Shown: piece after piece, positions 1-8,791 of the stretch
Position numbering within the stretch: position 1 is the stretch's first letter
Layout: the number at the start of each line of letters is the position of its first letter
Assembly: GCA_937900305.1 (NCBI GenBank)
Contig: CALCCV010000214.1
Span: 1 to 40,389, forward strand
Source: an uncultured Pseudobdellovibrionaceae bacterium
GTDB lineage: Bacteria > Bdellovibrionota > Bdellovibrionia > Bdellovibrionales > Bdellovibrionaceae
DNA: 40,389 nucleotides
Direction of reading: 5' to 3'
Made by a program: the position numbers and the translations under genes
Notes under the pieces: model-generated
Seen by the model: only the letters and a program-made list of their open reading frames with translations
What the model was told of the DNA's origin: nothing
Database searches by the model: none

Positions 1-539
1 ATCACTATTTCGAAGCATTCAATCGAACTCCGTTTTCAAAAGTAAAAGTAGTGATCGTTGGGCAGGATCCCTATCACGGGCCAGGTCAAGCGCATGGTTT
101 GTGTTTCTCAGTCCCCGAGGGGGTGCGAAAACCGCCGAGCTTACAAAATATTTTTACCGAGCTCAAAAATGATTTGCAGACGCCCGTACCGCAGTCAGGC
201 TATTTGGGCACGTGGGCTGATCAAGGAGTTTTGCTGATAAACAGTGTTTTGACGGTTGAATCAGGTAAACCCGCCAGCCACCAGGGCAAGGGTTGGGAGA
301 AATTTACAGATAAGGTGATTCACACTTTGAACGATCACCGCGAAAATCTCGTTTTTATCTTGTGGGGAAGCTACGCGCAAAAAAAGGCGGCCTTTGTAGA
401 TCGAAAACGACATCACGTCATAACCAACGTTCATCCGTCGCCACTGTCTTCGCATCGTGGATTTTTTGGATCTAAGCCGTTTTCAGAAACGAATGATTTT
501 CTAACGAGTCGCGGAGAATCTCCGATCGTGTGGGGTTAA
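1..539 (+). CDS. ung: Uracil-DNA glycosylase, family 1 (5' end cut by window edge)
   Basis: The frame is open from position 3 ([37 protein letters not shown]). It has the GQDPYH catalytic loop and the C-terminal [13 protein letters not shown] leucine-loop motif. The GTG at 51 in the ORF track is internal. Stop at 537-539. Confidence 0.93.
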   Translation, partial: HYFEAFNRTPFSKVKVVIVGQDPYHGPGQAHGLCFSVPEGVRKPPSLQNIFTELKNDLQTPVPQSGYLGTWADQGVLLINSVLTVESGKPASHQGKGWEKFTDKVIHTLNDHRENLVFILWGSYAQKKAAFVDRKRHHVITNVHPSPLSSHRGFFGSKPFSETNDFLTSRGESPIVWG

Positions 540-543
540 AATC

Positions 544-1623
544 TTGAGCCAAAAAGTGGGTGCGACAGAACTGATCATCACGGACCGCTGGCCAAAAAAT
601 TTGGTCGAAAACGAAATCCCATTTTTATTTATTTATGACCAAGTTTTAAAAAAATCGCTCGAGCCGGTGATTAAAAAATTTCCAAGGGGCAGTGTTGCGC
701 TGCCTGTGAAGGCGGGTGAAACTTTAAAGTCGATTAAAAATTATTCGATCATAGTTTCAAAAATTCAGGCGGCCTCGACAGCTTTGGGGCTCAACAAACC
801 TGCAATTTATGCTTGCGGGGGAGGGAGCGTGGGTGACTTTGCAGGCTTCGTCGCAAGCACATTTCGCCGCGGTCTTCCGCTTTGCCACATTCCCTCGACA
901 TGGCTGTCGGCCATTGACTCTGCTCACGGTGGAAAAAATGGACTCAATCTCAACGGCACAAAAAATCAAATCGGTACTTTCTATTCCGCCGATAAAACTT
1001 TGATTGTTAAAGAGCTGTTATTTCAGCAACCCAAAGAGCGAGCGGTTGAAGGCCTGCCGGAGTTACTCAAAGTTCTTTTGTGTACGAATGTCAAAATCAC
1101 GGAACGACTGTTGTCCCGCCGATTTGAGTCGGGACTGCTGTGGGATTTTTTGCCGACGGCGATAGAAGAAAAGTTGAAAGTTGTCAAAAGAGATCCGCTT
1201 GAGACCCTTGGTTATCGCCGCATACTTAACTTTGGCCATACCCTGGGCCATGTTTTTGAAGCCAGTGTTCCACTCCCCCATGGGATTGCAGTGTATTTTG
1301 GAATGGAGTTTGCGTTTCGATGGGCACGACACAATCAGATTTTAGATCAGGCGCTGCAAAGAAAATTACAGGCGTCGCCGCTCATAACTTCCTTCGGCGA
1401 AAAGTTGAAACACATCAAATACAAAGCTGTTTTGAAAAAAACAGCTCCGAGCGTGAGTCAGGCCCTTGCACAAGATAAGAAAGGCGCTGGCGCTAATAAG
1501 CTCTGGTTTATTTTTCTCAAGAAAATAGCTGAAGTTGAGCAAATCAAACTGAGCCTCGACGAAGTGGTGACCGAACTGCATCGACAATTGAATGCAGATG
1601 CGCCGGGAGTTTTATTGCCATGA
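544..1623 (+). CDS. aroB: 3-dehydroquinate synthase
   Basis: Motifs: GGGSVGDFAGFVAS (the GGGvxGDxxGF nucleotide loop), DSAHGGKNGLNLNGTKNQIGTFY, and metal ligands in LNFGHTLGHVFE..LPHGIAVYFG. TTG start 4 nt after the ung stop. Its stop overlaps the aroA start (ATGA at 1620-1623). Confidence 0.88.
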   Translation: MSQKVGATELIITDRWPKNLVENEIPFLFIYDQVLKKSLEPVIKKFPRGSVALPVKAGETLKSIKNYSIIVSKIQAASTALGLNKPAIYACGGGSVGDFAGFVASTFRRGLPLCHIPSTWLSAIDSAHGGKNGLNLNGTKNQIGTFYSADKTLIVKELLFQQPKERAVEGLPELLKVLLCTNVKITERLLSRRFESGLLWDFLPTAIEEKLKVVKRDPLETLGYRRILNFGHTLGHVFEASVPLPHGIAVYFGMEFAFRWARHNQILDQALQRKLQASPLITSFGEKLKHIKYKAVLKKTAPSVSQALAQDKKGAGANKLWFIFLKKIAEVEQIKLSLDEVVTELHRQLNADAPGVLLP

Positions 1624-2840
1624 AGTTTCGGCTGAGCAAAGAATTTCCGGCGTCCAAATCGCTGCTCAATCGGGCCCTTGTTGTCCAAAGCTTCTCCACG
1701 ACATTTAAAATTGCCGGCGAAAGTAAGGCCGGCGATGTGCAAGATCTGCGGCGGGCTCTGGAGCAGTTTAAGTCCGGAGAATCTGCGTCGGCTGAACACT
1801 ATTCCATCGCCGAAGGTGGAACCAGTTTTAGGTTCTTAGCGTTTCGGCTATCTCGAGAGCCAGGACACCATGTGATTCGGGTTGGTGAGCGACTTCGCTC
1901 CCGTCCGCAGAATGAAATGGTGGATTTGTTGCGGCAGCTTGGAGTTCAGAGTGAATGGCAAAACTTTGATTTTCACATTTCGGGTCGCGGTTGGCAATTC
2001 TCTGGAACGCCGTTAGTGAGCTCGCTTGAGCGATCCAGTCAATTTATCTCGGGCCTTGTTTTGAGCGCATGGCACCTTCCCCAGAAGCTTCAGATTCGTA
2101 TTCCAAAAAACCAGATGAAGTCTGAGTCTTATTGGCGAATGACTCAGAATCTCTGTCGACGTCTTGGCATGCAGTTGGAAGTTAAGGAAACCGAAACGGA
2201 TGTGTGGCTGGCAATTCCGGCGTCACAAGAAGTTGTGGGTCGCACTTGGACTTGTGAACCGGATGTGAGTTCAATTTTTTCGATGGCTGCTATGGCCTCA
2301 CTCGCCGGGGATCTGACGGTGACAAACTTTCCGCTGAACAGCTTACAGCCAGACATCGTTTTTTTAGAAATTTTTAATAAGCTCGGTGTTCAGTATGAAC
2401 TCGCAGAACAACGTTTTTCACTGCGAGCTCAAAAAATCAGGAAAGATTTAGATTGGGATTTAAGAAACTCACCCGATCTTTTTCCGGTGTTAGCGGCCTG
2501 GGCCAGTTGCATGGGTGTGAACGCCAAATTGACCGGTGCTGATCATCTCATTCATAAGGAGTCGGACCGAATTGCGAGCACGCAAAGCCTTTTGACTCTG
2601 TTGCAAGTTCCCTATCGAGAACTTCAGGGTGGACTTGAAGTCCTGGGACGAGCTTGGCACCGTCCCGTTTTTTTTGCACCATTGAGTTTTGATCCACAAA
2701 AAGATCATCGATTGGCGTTTGCGGCCGCTTGTTTTGCAATTACGGGGACCTCGCTTCGGCTCACTGAGCCAGGGGTTATCAACAAAAGTTTTCCCGAATT
2801 TTATGAATGGAGCCAATGGAATCCCGAAGCTGGTATTTAG
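1620..2840 (+). CDS. aroA: 3-phosphoshikimate 1-carboxyvinyltransferase (EPSP synthase)
   Basis: N-terminal PASKSLLNRALV (the P-x-SKS-x-x-NR motif), ERSSQFISGLVL, C-terminal QKDHRLAFAAACFAI (the DHRxAMA-type motif) and KSFPEFY tail. About 406 aa. Confidence 0.9.
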   Translation: MKFRLSKEFPASKSLLNRALVVQSFSTTFKIAGESKAGDVQDLRRALEQFKSGESASAEHYSIAEGGTSFRFLAFRLSREPGHHVIRVGERLRSRPQNEMVDLLRQLGVQSEWQNFDFHISGRGWQFSGTPLVSSLERSSQFISGLVLSAWHLPQKLQIRIPKNQMKSESYWRMTQNLCRRLGMQLEVKETETDVWLAIPASQEVVGRTWTCEPDVSSIFSMAAMASLAGDLTVTNFPLNSLQPDIVFLEIFNKLGVQYELAEQRFSLRAQKIRKDLDWDLRNSPDLFPVLAAWASCMGVNAKLTGADHLIHKESDRIASTQSLLTLLQVPYRELQGGLEVLGRAWHRPVFFAPLSFDPQKDHRLAFAAACFAITGTSLRLTEPGVINKSFPEFYEWSQWNPEAGI

Positions 2841-4609
2841 TCGGGCACCGCGGAGTCGGAAAGACATCTCTGGCGAAGCGCCTGCTAGAATATTTTCCAG
2901 ATGTTTTGGTTGTTGATCTAGACGCCGAAATTGAACAGAGCGAAAACCAATCGGTCACTGAGATTTTTTCCCAGTACGGCGAAGACTATTTTAGAAATTT
3001 AGAAATTAAAAACCTCAAGCGTCTTCAGGCGGTAGCTAAGGCAAATCAGCAATGGACGGTATTTGTCCTTGGTGCTGGTTTTCGAATAGCTGAGTTGCAG
3101 TCTCAAGATCAGGTTTTGTGGCTTCGCAGAGCCAGTGATCTGAATCCGCGAATTTTCTTGGATCGACCGAGACTCAATCCCGCGGTGGCTCCGCAGACAG
3201 AGTTTAAGCTGCGTTTTGACGATCGGCAGACTCAATTTAAAAAAGTCACAAAGAGAATTTATGAAATGCCGGAGGGTTCTCCAAATTCGCACATCGAAAA
3301 AAAATTGCTCGCAGCCTTTCTTTTTCAAAAATTGTTGAAAGTGGATTCTATTTTAACGATTACATCAGAATTAGATTTGTCAAATCTCTCATTGGTACCA
3401 AACGCCTGGGAATTGCGCGACGATCTTCTCTCTTCGGCGGAAATTAACGTCACTCAAAAAAAAATTGTGCCGGTCCAAAGCCTGCTGTCGATTCGTTCCG
3501 ATGAAAATGGTTGCCAAGAATTGGAATTGGCTAAATTTGACGCCGTAGATTGGGACGCCAAAATTTGGCGAAAATCTGCGAATCAAAAAAAGAGGTGTGC
3601 GCAGATTTTTTCGTCACATGCCGACTCTATTGAATTGGCTTTTGAAGAGTTAGATATGGCCCCGACGGGAGCGCATCTCAAGTTATGTCCAAGTGTGCAG
3701 AGCTGGGCAGATTTGCGCCGAGGTTGGCGATGGCAACAAACCGATCCCAAGCATCGCAGTTTCTTGCCAAGATCCGCTGATGGTCGCTGGCAGTGGTTTC
3801 GATTATGGATGCAAGGTTTTCAAAAAATGGGATTCTCGTCGCTGGGAGCCAGCGACGTCGCCGATCAACCGAGTTTGTATTGGTCTTTGGCGCAATCTCA
3901 AACAGCGCGACGGAGTTTCGGCGCTGTTTTAGGCTCACCGATCATGCACAGTCAGAGTCCCACCACTCATTGGCCCAAAGAAATCAGTTCTGACACAGAG
4001 CCGTTTTATGCCATCGAAGTTCGGCTAGAAGAATGGGATCTGGCGATTTCATTTTTGACGGAATTGGGGATGCGACGAGCGGCTGTGACGTCGCCATTAA
4101 AAATAAAGGCCCATCACTGGTGCGAGCGGATGGGAGCTAAATTTTTGAATGCAACCTACGGCGGTGTAAATACAATCAGTTGGAGTTCCGTCAACTCTCA
4201 GAATGTTGTTTTGGCGGCCAATACAGATTATCCAGCTCTGGCAAAATGGTTTTCGGAGCTGAGCTTGAGTGACACCGAAACCACGGTCTGGGGTGGTGGC
4301 GGTTTATTAGCAGGAATTCGCCAACTTTTGCCGTCGGCGCAATTTGTGGGTCATCGTACAAATTCAAAAACAAAGGCCAAAAATCTTGTATGGGCTGCGG
4401 GGCAGAGTGCGGGATCGCTAGATTTTGCCCGAGGACAGGTCGAAAGAGTGATTGATCTCAGCTATTCTGAAAGCTCGCGCGGGCGAGAGGTCGCGATGCA
4501 AACAGGAGCGACCTACGTTTCGGGTCAGAGGTTTTTTGATCTTCAAGCAGCCGAGCAAAAAAAGATCTGGTGGCCATCAGGTTTCGATTGTGAGAGACCA
4601 GAGGCATGA
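2807..4609 (+). CDS. Fusion protein: shikimate kinase, type-I 3-dehydroquinase-like middle domain, shikimate 5-dehydrogenase
   Basis: N-terminal LVGHRGVGKTSLAKRL..VDLD..EIF..GEDYFRNLE matches AroK. The middle has ELRDDLL, LLSIRS, IFSSHAD and GAHLKLCPSVQSWADL, which line up with AroD landmarks. The C-terminus has GSPIMHSQSP, AAVTSPLK, VNTI, AANTDY and WGGGGLLAG, matching AroE. It overlaps the aroA 3' end by 34 nt and aroC by 4 nt (ATGA). Confidence 0.8.
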   Translation: MEPMESRSWYLVGHRGVGKTSLAKRLLEYFPDVLVVDLDAEIEQSENQSVTEIFSQYGEDYFRNLEIKNLKRLQAVAKANQQWTVFVLGAGFRIAELQSQDQVLWLRRASDLNPRIFLDRPRLNPAVAPQTEFKLRFDDRQTQFKKVTKRIYEMPEGSPNSHIEKKLLAAFLFQKLLKVDSILTITSELDLSNLSLVPNAWELRDDLLSSAEINVTQKKIVPVQSLLSIRSDENGCQELELAKFDAVDWDAKIWRKSANQKKRCAQIFSSHADSIELAFEELDMAPTGAHLKLCPSVQSWADLRRGWRWQQTDPKHRSFLPRSADGRWQWFRLWMQGFQKMGFSSLGASDVADQPSLYWSLAQSQTARRSFGAVLGSPIMHSQSPTTHWPKEISSDTEPFYAIEVRLEEWDLAISFLTELGMRRAAVTSPLKIKAHHWCERMGAKFLNATYGGVNTISWSSVNSQNVVLAANTDYPALAKWFSELSLSDTETTVWGGGGLLAGIRQLLPSAQFVGHRTNSKTKAKNLVWAAGQSAGSLDFARGQVERVIDLSYSESSRGREVAMQTGATYVSGQRFFDLQAAEQKKIWWPSGFDCERPEA

Positions 4610-5670
4610 GCGCAAATTCCTTCGGCGATCGCTTGGTAGTTACAACCTTTGGAGAAAGTCATGGGCCGGCGATGGGCGCCATCGTCGATGGTTGTCCAGC
4701 TGGTTTAGATTTTGATCTCGAGCTTTTACAGGAAAATTTGGACCGCCGTCGCCCCGGCCGCAAAGATTTAAAAGTGAGTGGCTTAGGTTCGAGCACTCGC
4801 CAAGAACTCGATCGGGTCGAGGTTCTCAGTGGGATCTTTGAAAATAAAACGTTGGGCACTCCCATCTGCATGATCGTTCGCAATGTCGACCAGCGGTCGG
4901 CTGATTATGAGGCCTTAAAGAATCAACTTCGTCCTGGGCACGCAGATGCCGTTTGGCGCAATAAATTTGGCCACGTCGATCATCGGGGGGGAGGTCGGAG
5001 CTCGGGGCGCGAAACCGTTTCGCGGGTCATGGCGGGCAGCGTGGCACAAATGATTTGTCGCGCCCTCTTTCCCAAAACCGAGATCTTGGCGTTCACCAAA
5101 TCGATAGGTTCGATCTCAATGACCACTCCTCAAGTCTTAGATGTTTGCTCGGCCAACTTTTCAATTTTGAAAGAGAGAGTATTGGCATCTCCCGGCCGCT
5201 GCCCACAGGCGGATCACCATGATGAAATCACTCGACTCCTCGAAGACCTCCAGCAAAGCGGAAATTCGGTCGGAGGCACCTCCATGGTGTGTGTGAAAAA
5301 CCTTCCTGCGGGAATGGGTCAACCGGTGTTTCACAAACTCAAATCGGATTTCGCTCAAGCCTTTTTATCGATTGGAGCGACGGAAAGTTTGCGGATCGGA
5401 AATTCATCGAGAGAAGAGCAGGACTCTGGTCACGTGTTTCATTCTCAAAATTCGCGCGCGGTCTATGGTGGTATCCAGGGCGGCATTTCGACGGGAGAAC
5501 CCGTTTACATCGAAATTGGCTTCAAGCCGACAGCGAGTATTTTAGACGTGGCTAAAAAGGGTCGTCATGATCCGTTCATTGTGCCGCGGGCTCTCCCTGT
5601 TTTAGAATCTATGGCATGGTTTGTTCTGGCGAATCATATGCTTTGGATGAAAACGGATCGGATCGATTGA
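4606..5670 (+). CDS. aroC: Chorismate synthase
   Basis: Signatures: TTFGESHGPAMGAIVDGCPAG, RPGHAD, HRGGGRSSGRETVSRV and GGISTGEP. Confidence 0.93.
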   Translation: MSANSFGDRLVVTTFGESHGPAMGAIVDGCPAGLDFDLELLQENLDRRRPGRKDLKVSGLGSSTRQELDRVEVLSGIFENKTLGTPICMIVRNVDQRSADYEALKNQLRPGHADAVWRNKFGHVDHRGGGRSSGRETVSRVMAGSVAQMICRALFPKTEILAFTKSIGSISMTTPQVLDVCSANFSILKERVLASPGRCPQADHHDEITRLLEDLQQSGNSVGGTSMVCVKNLPAGMGQPVFHKLKSDFAQAFLSIGATESLRIGNSSREEQDSGHVFHSQNSRAVYGGIQGGISTGEPVYIEIGFKPTASILDVAKKGRHDPFIVPRALPVLESMAWFVLANHMLWMKTDRID

Positions 5671-5837
5671 CCAGTGGCTGGCCAACGACAACAAGCCAGT
5701 GCGACAGTCACTGTTTCGTACCACTTAGCTGATTGCGAAGGAAAACTGATTGAAGAGAGTTTGACTGAGCTGCATTGACATTTCGCCTGACCCTTTTGCG
5801 ACTCAATAAAAAAATTCCAGGTCGTGGGTAAAAGATT

Positions 5838-6623
5838 TTATTTTTGAATTGAAACGGCTCGCATAGATAGTGAACCGTTTTGAAATCCTGCGAACGGAAA
5901 TTGGATGTTTTCGTTTTCAAAATCACTCGCACCGATGGTGTAAAGCAGGGGCAGATAGTGATCCAACCTGGGATGAGCCATTTGCCAAAGTGTTTGCTGT
6001 TCCGGCCGCTCGCCCCAAAGGGTTTCAAAATCTCGATTCACAAGTGCCTCCTTGATCAGTTCGTCAAATTCCGCAGCCCAGGCAATCGCAGGAGCTTGCT
6101 CCTGCCAAACGATCTGCTGAAGATTGTGAGTGATGTTGCCACTCCCTATAATCAGCACTCCCATTTTTCGAAGCTGGCGAAGTTGCGTTGCCAGCCGCCA
6201 ATGGTCCCGCAGCTTCAAATTGCGATTCAAACTCATTTGCAAAACGGGAACGTCTGCTTTCGGATACAAATGGTGCAAGATCGACCAGGTCCCGTGATCT
6301 AAACCCCAGGGCTCGTCGGACTCCGCATTTGGGGAGAGTTGGTTTTTCACCAACTCGGCCACTTCAGGTGAGCCAGGAGCGGGATAGTTGATTTGATACA
6401 GCTCGTCTGGAAATCCTGAGAAATCGTAAATGGTTTTTGGTCGCTCCATTTTCGAAACTTTAGTGCCAAAAGTTTCCCAATGAGCTGACACCATCAAAAT
6501 TGCTTTTGGGATCGGCAAAGAGTCACCCCAATTTTTTAAAAAATTCGTGAAAGAATTTTTGGCAATGATGTTCATTGGCGACCCATGGCCAATGAAGAGT
6601 GATGGTGTCAGTTCATTTGTCAT
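5838..6623 (-). CDS. Extradiol ring-cleavage dioxygenase, class III subunit B (4,5-DOPA dioxygenase / YgiD-like)
   Basis: Motifs FIGHGSPMN, VSAHWET, GLDHGTWSIL and GSGNITHNL, typical of the LigB/YgiD family. Its ATG lies 1 nt after the stop of the upstream yceI remnant. Confidence 0.85.
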   Translation of the reverse strand: MTNELTPSLFIGHGSPMNIIAKNSFTNFLKNWGDSLPIPKAILMVSAHWETFGTKVSKMERPKTIYDFSGFPDELYQINYPAPGSPEVAELVKNQLSPNAESDEPWGLDHGTWSILHHLYPKADVPVLQMSLNRNLKLRDHWRLATQLRQLRKMGVLIIGSGNITHNLQQIVWQEQAPAIAWAAEFDELIKEALVNRDFETLWGERPEQQTLWQMAHPRLDHYLPLLYTIGASDFENENIQFPFAGFQNGSLSMRAVSIQK

Positions 6624-6624
6624 A

Positions 6625-7061
6625 CTATTTCTTCAGCGGTTTAGCCGCTTGCACTCTCAAATCAATTGTGACGTCGTTGCCTACCACAGGCCCGGCTTCT
6701 ACAAGGTTGTTCCATATTAAGCCAAAATCTTTGCGCTGTATTTTGGTTTTTGCCGAGAACACTGCCTTTTCGTTGCCGTATCCATCTGCGACGAGACCTA
6801 AGTACTTAGCATCGAACGTGACTTTTTTGGTGAGACTTTTGATTTTTCAAATTTTTCGGCCAATTCGAGGGAGCCCTCAAATTTAGTAAATCGTCCTTCT
6901 ACAGTTGAAATCACTAAATGGGGAATCTCAAATCCCACTTTCGAATGGGCAGGGTCGATGTTATAGCTCCCAGCCTTGATTTTATTTTCCGCGTGCGCTG
7001 AGAGAGAAAGTCCGCCGAGGACCATCGCGGTGGTGATTGATTTTTGAAGAGAGTTTTTCAT
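6625..7061 (-). pseudogene. yceI: YceI-like periplasmic polyisoprenoid-binding protein, disrupted by a frameshift and probably an internal deletion
   Basis: The 87-codon ORF (7061-6798) has a signal peptide plus YNIDPAHSKVGFEIPHLVISTVEGRFTKFEG, the YceI N-terminus. It stops at 6800-6798. The YceI C-terminus (VTFDAKYLGLVADGYGNEKAVFSAKTKIQRKDFGLIWNNLVEAGPVVGNDVTIDLRVQAAKPLKK) continues in another frame from 6822 to 6625. The frames switch at the T6/A6 run 6823-6828. Confidence 0.6.
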
Positions 7062-7224
7062 ATGGCTTCCTTTGGTTGTCAGTTTCGAACTGATTTAAGG
7101 ATCGGTGAAATTTGATTGTTCCGGTAGTAGACAGAAATGAATTTTACTGTTCTAATTTTTGCAACAATGATGGTAACCTGAGTCTACTGATGACCTAGAG
7201 GTTGCGGCAGAGTTGGAGGAAGAC

Positions 7225-8127
7225 TTGAACGACATTGATCTCAATCGACTCAGAATTTTTAGGGAGGTTGTTGCGTTAGGAAGTTTCTCTCGGGCTGCTG
7301 AGAAGCTGCATCAACCCAAATCCAGGGTGAGCCGAAATGTGTCGGCGCTAGAATCAGAGTTGGGTGTGCAGTTGATCCAGCGGACGACCCGACAATTTCG
7401 CCTGACTGAAGAAGGTTTAACGTTGTCCAGTTCATTGAACAGTTTACTGACCGACTTGGATAACGCTCTGGTTGAAGTGTCATCGGGAGTGGGAGAGGTG
7501 ACTGGCCGATTGAGAGTGACGGTACCAGAAGATATTGGCGTTGAACTGATGGGCGGAATTTGTGCTGAGTTTTTGGCAAGTCATCCTAAGGTGTATCTGA
7601 ATTTGCATGTTGGTAATCAGATCATGAACCTTTTGAAAGAATCGATCGACATTGCACTTCGGATTGGCCAAGGTCGGGATAGCTCGATGATTCAAAAAAA
7701 AATCGGAATCGTTCGACTTGAGCTCTTCGCAAGCCCAGCCCTGATCCAAAAATGGGGACGGTCTGGGAAAATTGAGGACCTTGAGGCATGGCCCTATCTG
7801 GCCTTTAATCCTCAGGATTCTTTGAATCATTCAGTTCGTCTAACAAGTGAGCGGCAAACGAGAACTTTAAAATTAAAATCAGTTTTCGGCAGTAATAACT
7901 TCTTTGCTCTGAGGGCGATGGCAAGTTTGGGAATGGGTTTCACGCAACTTCCCAGTTTTTTGGGTCGAGAGCCCGTTGAGAAAGGACTTCTGGTTCCTCT
8001 TTTCAAAAACTGGTCTGCGGATCCGGTGCCGTTGATGGCTTTAATTCCCCATCAAAAAGAAATTCCATTGCGAACTCGTCGATTCATTGATTTCGTGTCC
8101 AATCGTCTGGTCTCGGTCTTGAAATAA
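7225..8127 (+). CDS. LysR-family transcriptional regulator
   Basis: N-terminal wHTH: LNRLRIFREVVALGSFSRAAEKLHQPKSRVSRNVSALESELGVQLIQRTTR. It has a LysR substrate-binding-type C-terminus. It is divergent from the yceI remnant and dioxygenase pair. The TTG at 7225 has GGAGG 5 nt upstream; the ORF-track TTG at 7213 is also possible. Confidence 0.88.
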   Translation: MNDIDLNRLRIFREVVALGSFSRAAEKLHQPKSRVSRNVSALESELGVQLIQRTTRQFRLTEEGLTLSSSLNSLLTDLDNALVEVSSGVGEVTGRLRVTVPEDIGVELMGGICAEFLASHPKVYLNLHVGNQIMNLLKESIDIALRIGQGRDSSMIQKKIGIVRLELFASPALIQKWGRSGKIEDLEAWPYLAFNPQDSLNHSVRLTSERQTRTLKLKSVFGSNNFFALRAMASLGMGFTQLPSFLGREPVEKGLLVPLFKNWSADPVPLMALIPHQKEIPLRTRRFIDFVSNRLVSVLK

Positions 8128-8183
8128 AATGGCAGAACAGGAATTGCGATTCAGAATTTGCACGAGCTTTCCGAAAAGAAGAA

Positions 8184-8753
8184 ATGGGACATATTTTAAG
8201 CTACGGACCTTCCATCCCGTTTCAAATTTTCGCTTTGCTTATAGTGATAGTGCACCCGGCACTTGCGGATTTGAATCTTGAACCCCCAATCCATGAGGTG
8301 TTTAGATTGGAAAATCTGAATCATCCCACAGAGTCTCAGGTGGCTATTTCAGCCGCCCAAGGGATCGATGACGTGATGGTGACCAGTTCTACGTTAAATC
8401 CGTTGAGTGGCGTTGCATTTGAAAGAACTTATCGGTGCAGTGCGCTTTGGCTTCCCTACACCGAATGCCATGTAGAAACTGAACAAAGTCTTGCCACCAC
8501 ACATATTTCTCAACTTCCATCGCGATCAGATTTTTTGATCGCAGTAAAACAAACCTTCGTGAACCTTCGTCAAAATTTTGAATTGAGCCTTGAGATAAAA
8601 TCCTATTGGCTGGGCGCGGAAGGGGCCGAGTTTCGCGGCACTTTAGAAGCATTTAAAGAAACTGGTGACGCCGCCCGCTTGCATGTTGTCTGTCCGTATC
8701 TGCCAACTCCGATTTCTTGTGAGGTCGAAGCTCTCTCGCCCGTTGTTAAATAG
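8184..8753 (+). CDS. Hypothetical exported protein (4 Cys)
   Basis: N-terminal hydrophobic segment ending in ALA-DL. No family recognised. Followed 39 nt later by the permease gene. Confidence 0.55.
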   Translation: MGHILSYGPSIPFQIFALLIVIVHPALADLNLEPPIHEVFRLENLNHPTESQVAISAAQGIDDVMVTSSTLNPLSGVAFERTYRCSALWLPYTECHVETEQSLATTHISQLPSRSDFLIAVKQTFVNLRQNFELSLEIKSYWLGAEGAEFRGTLEAFKETGDAARLHVVCPYLPTPISCEVEALSPVVK

Positions 8754-8791
8754 ATCTTGTTTCAAGTGGCCATTCAAAGGATAAAGTCCAA

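Noticed and set aside
2807-2840. The 34-nt aroA / fusion-gene overlap as a frameshift that broke an AroA-AroK fusion
   Set aside because: AroA already ends at its natural C-terminus (KSFPEFY...). The kinase P-loop begins 12 residues after the ATG. This fits a genuine overlap of two complete genes.
5695-5715. Small hairpin CAGTG-N7-CACTG after aroC as a terminator
   Set aside because: It has only 5 bp and no proper T-run.
6599-6886. 95-aa plus-strand ORF across the yceI remnant
   Set aside because: The opposite strand encodes recognisable YceI sequence in two frames, so this ORF is an antisense artefact.
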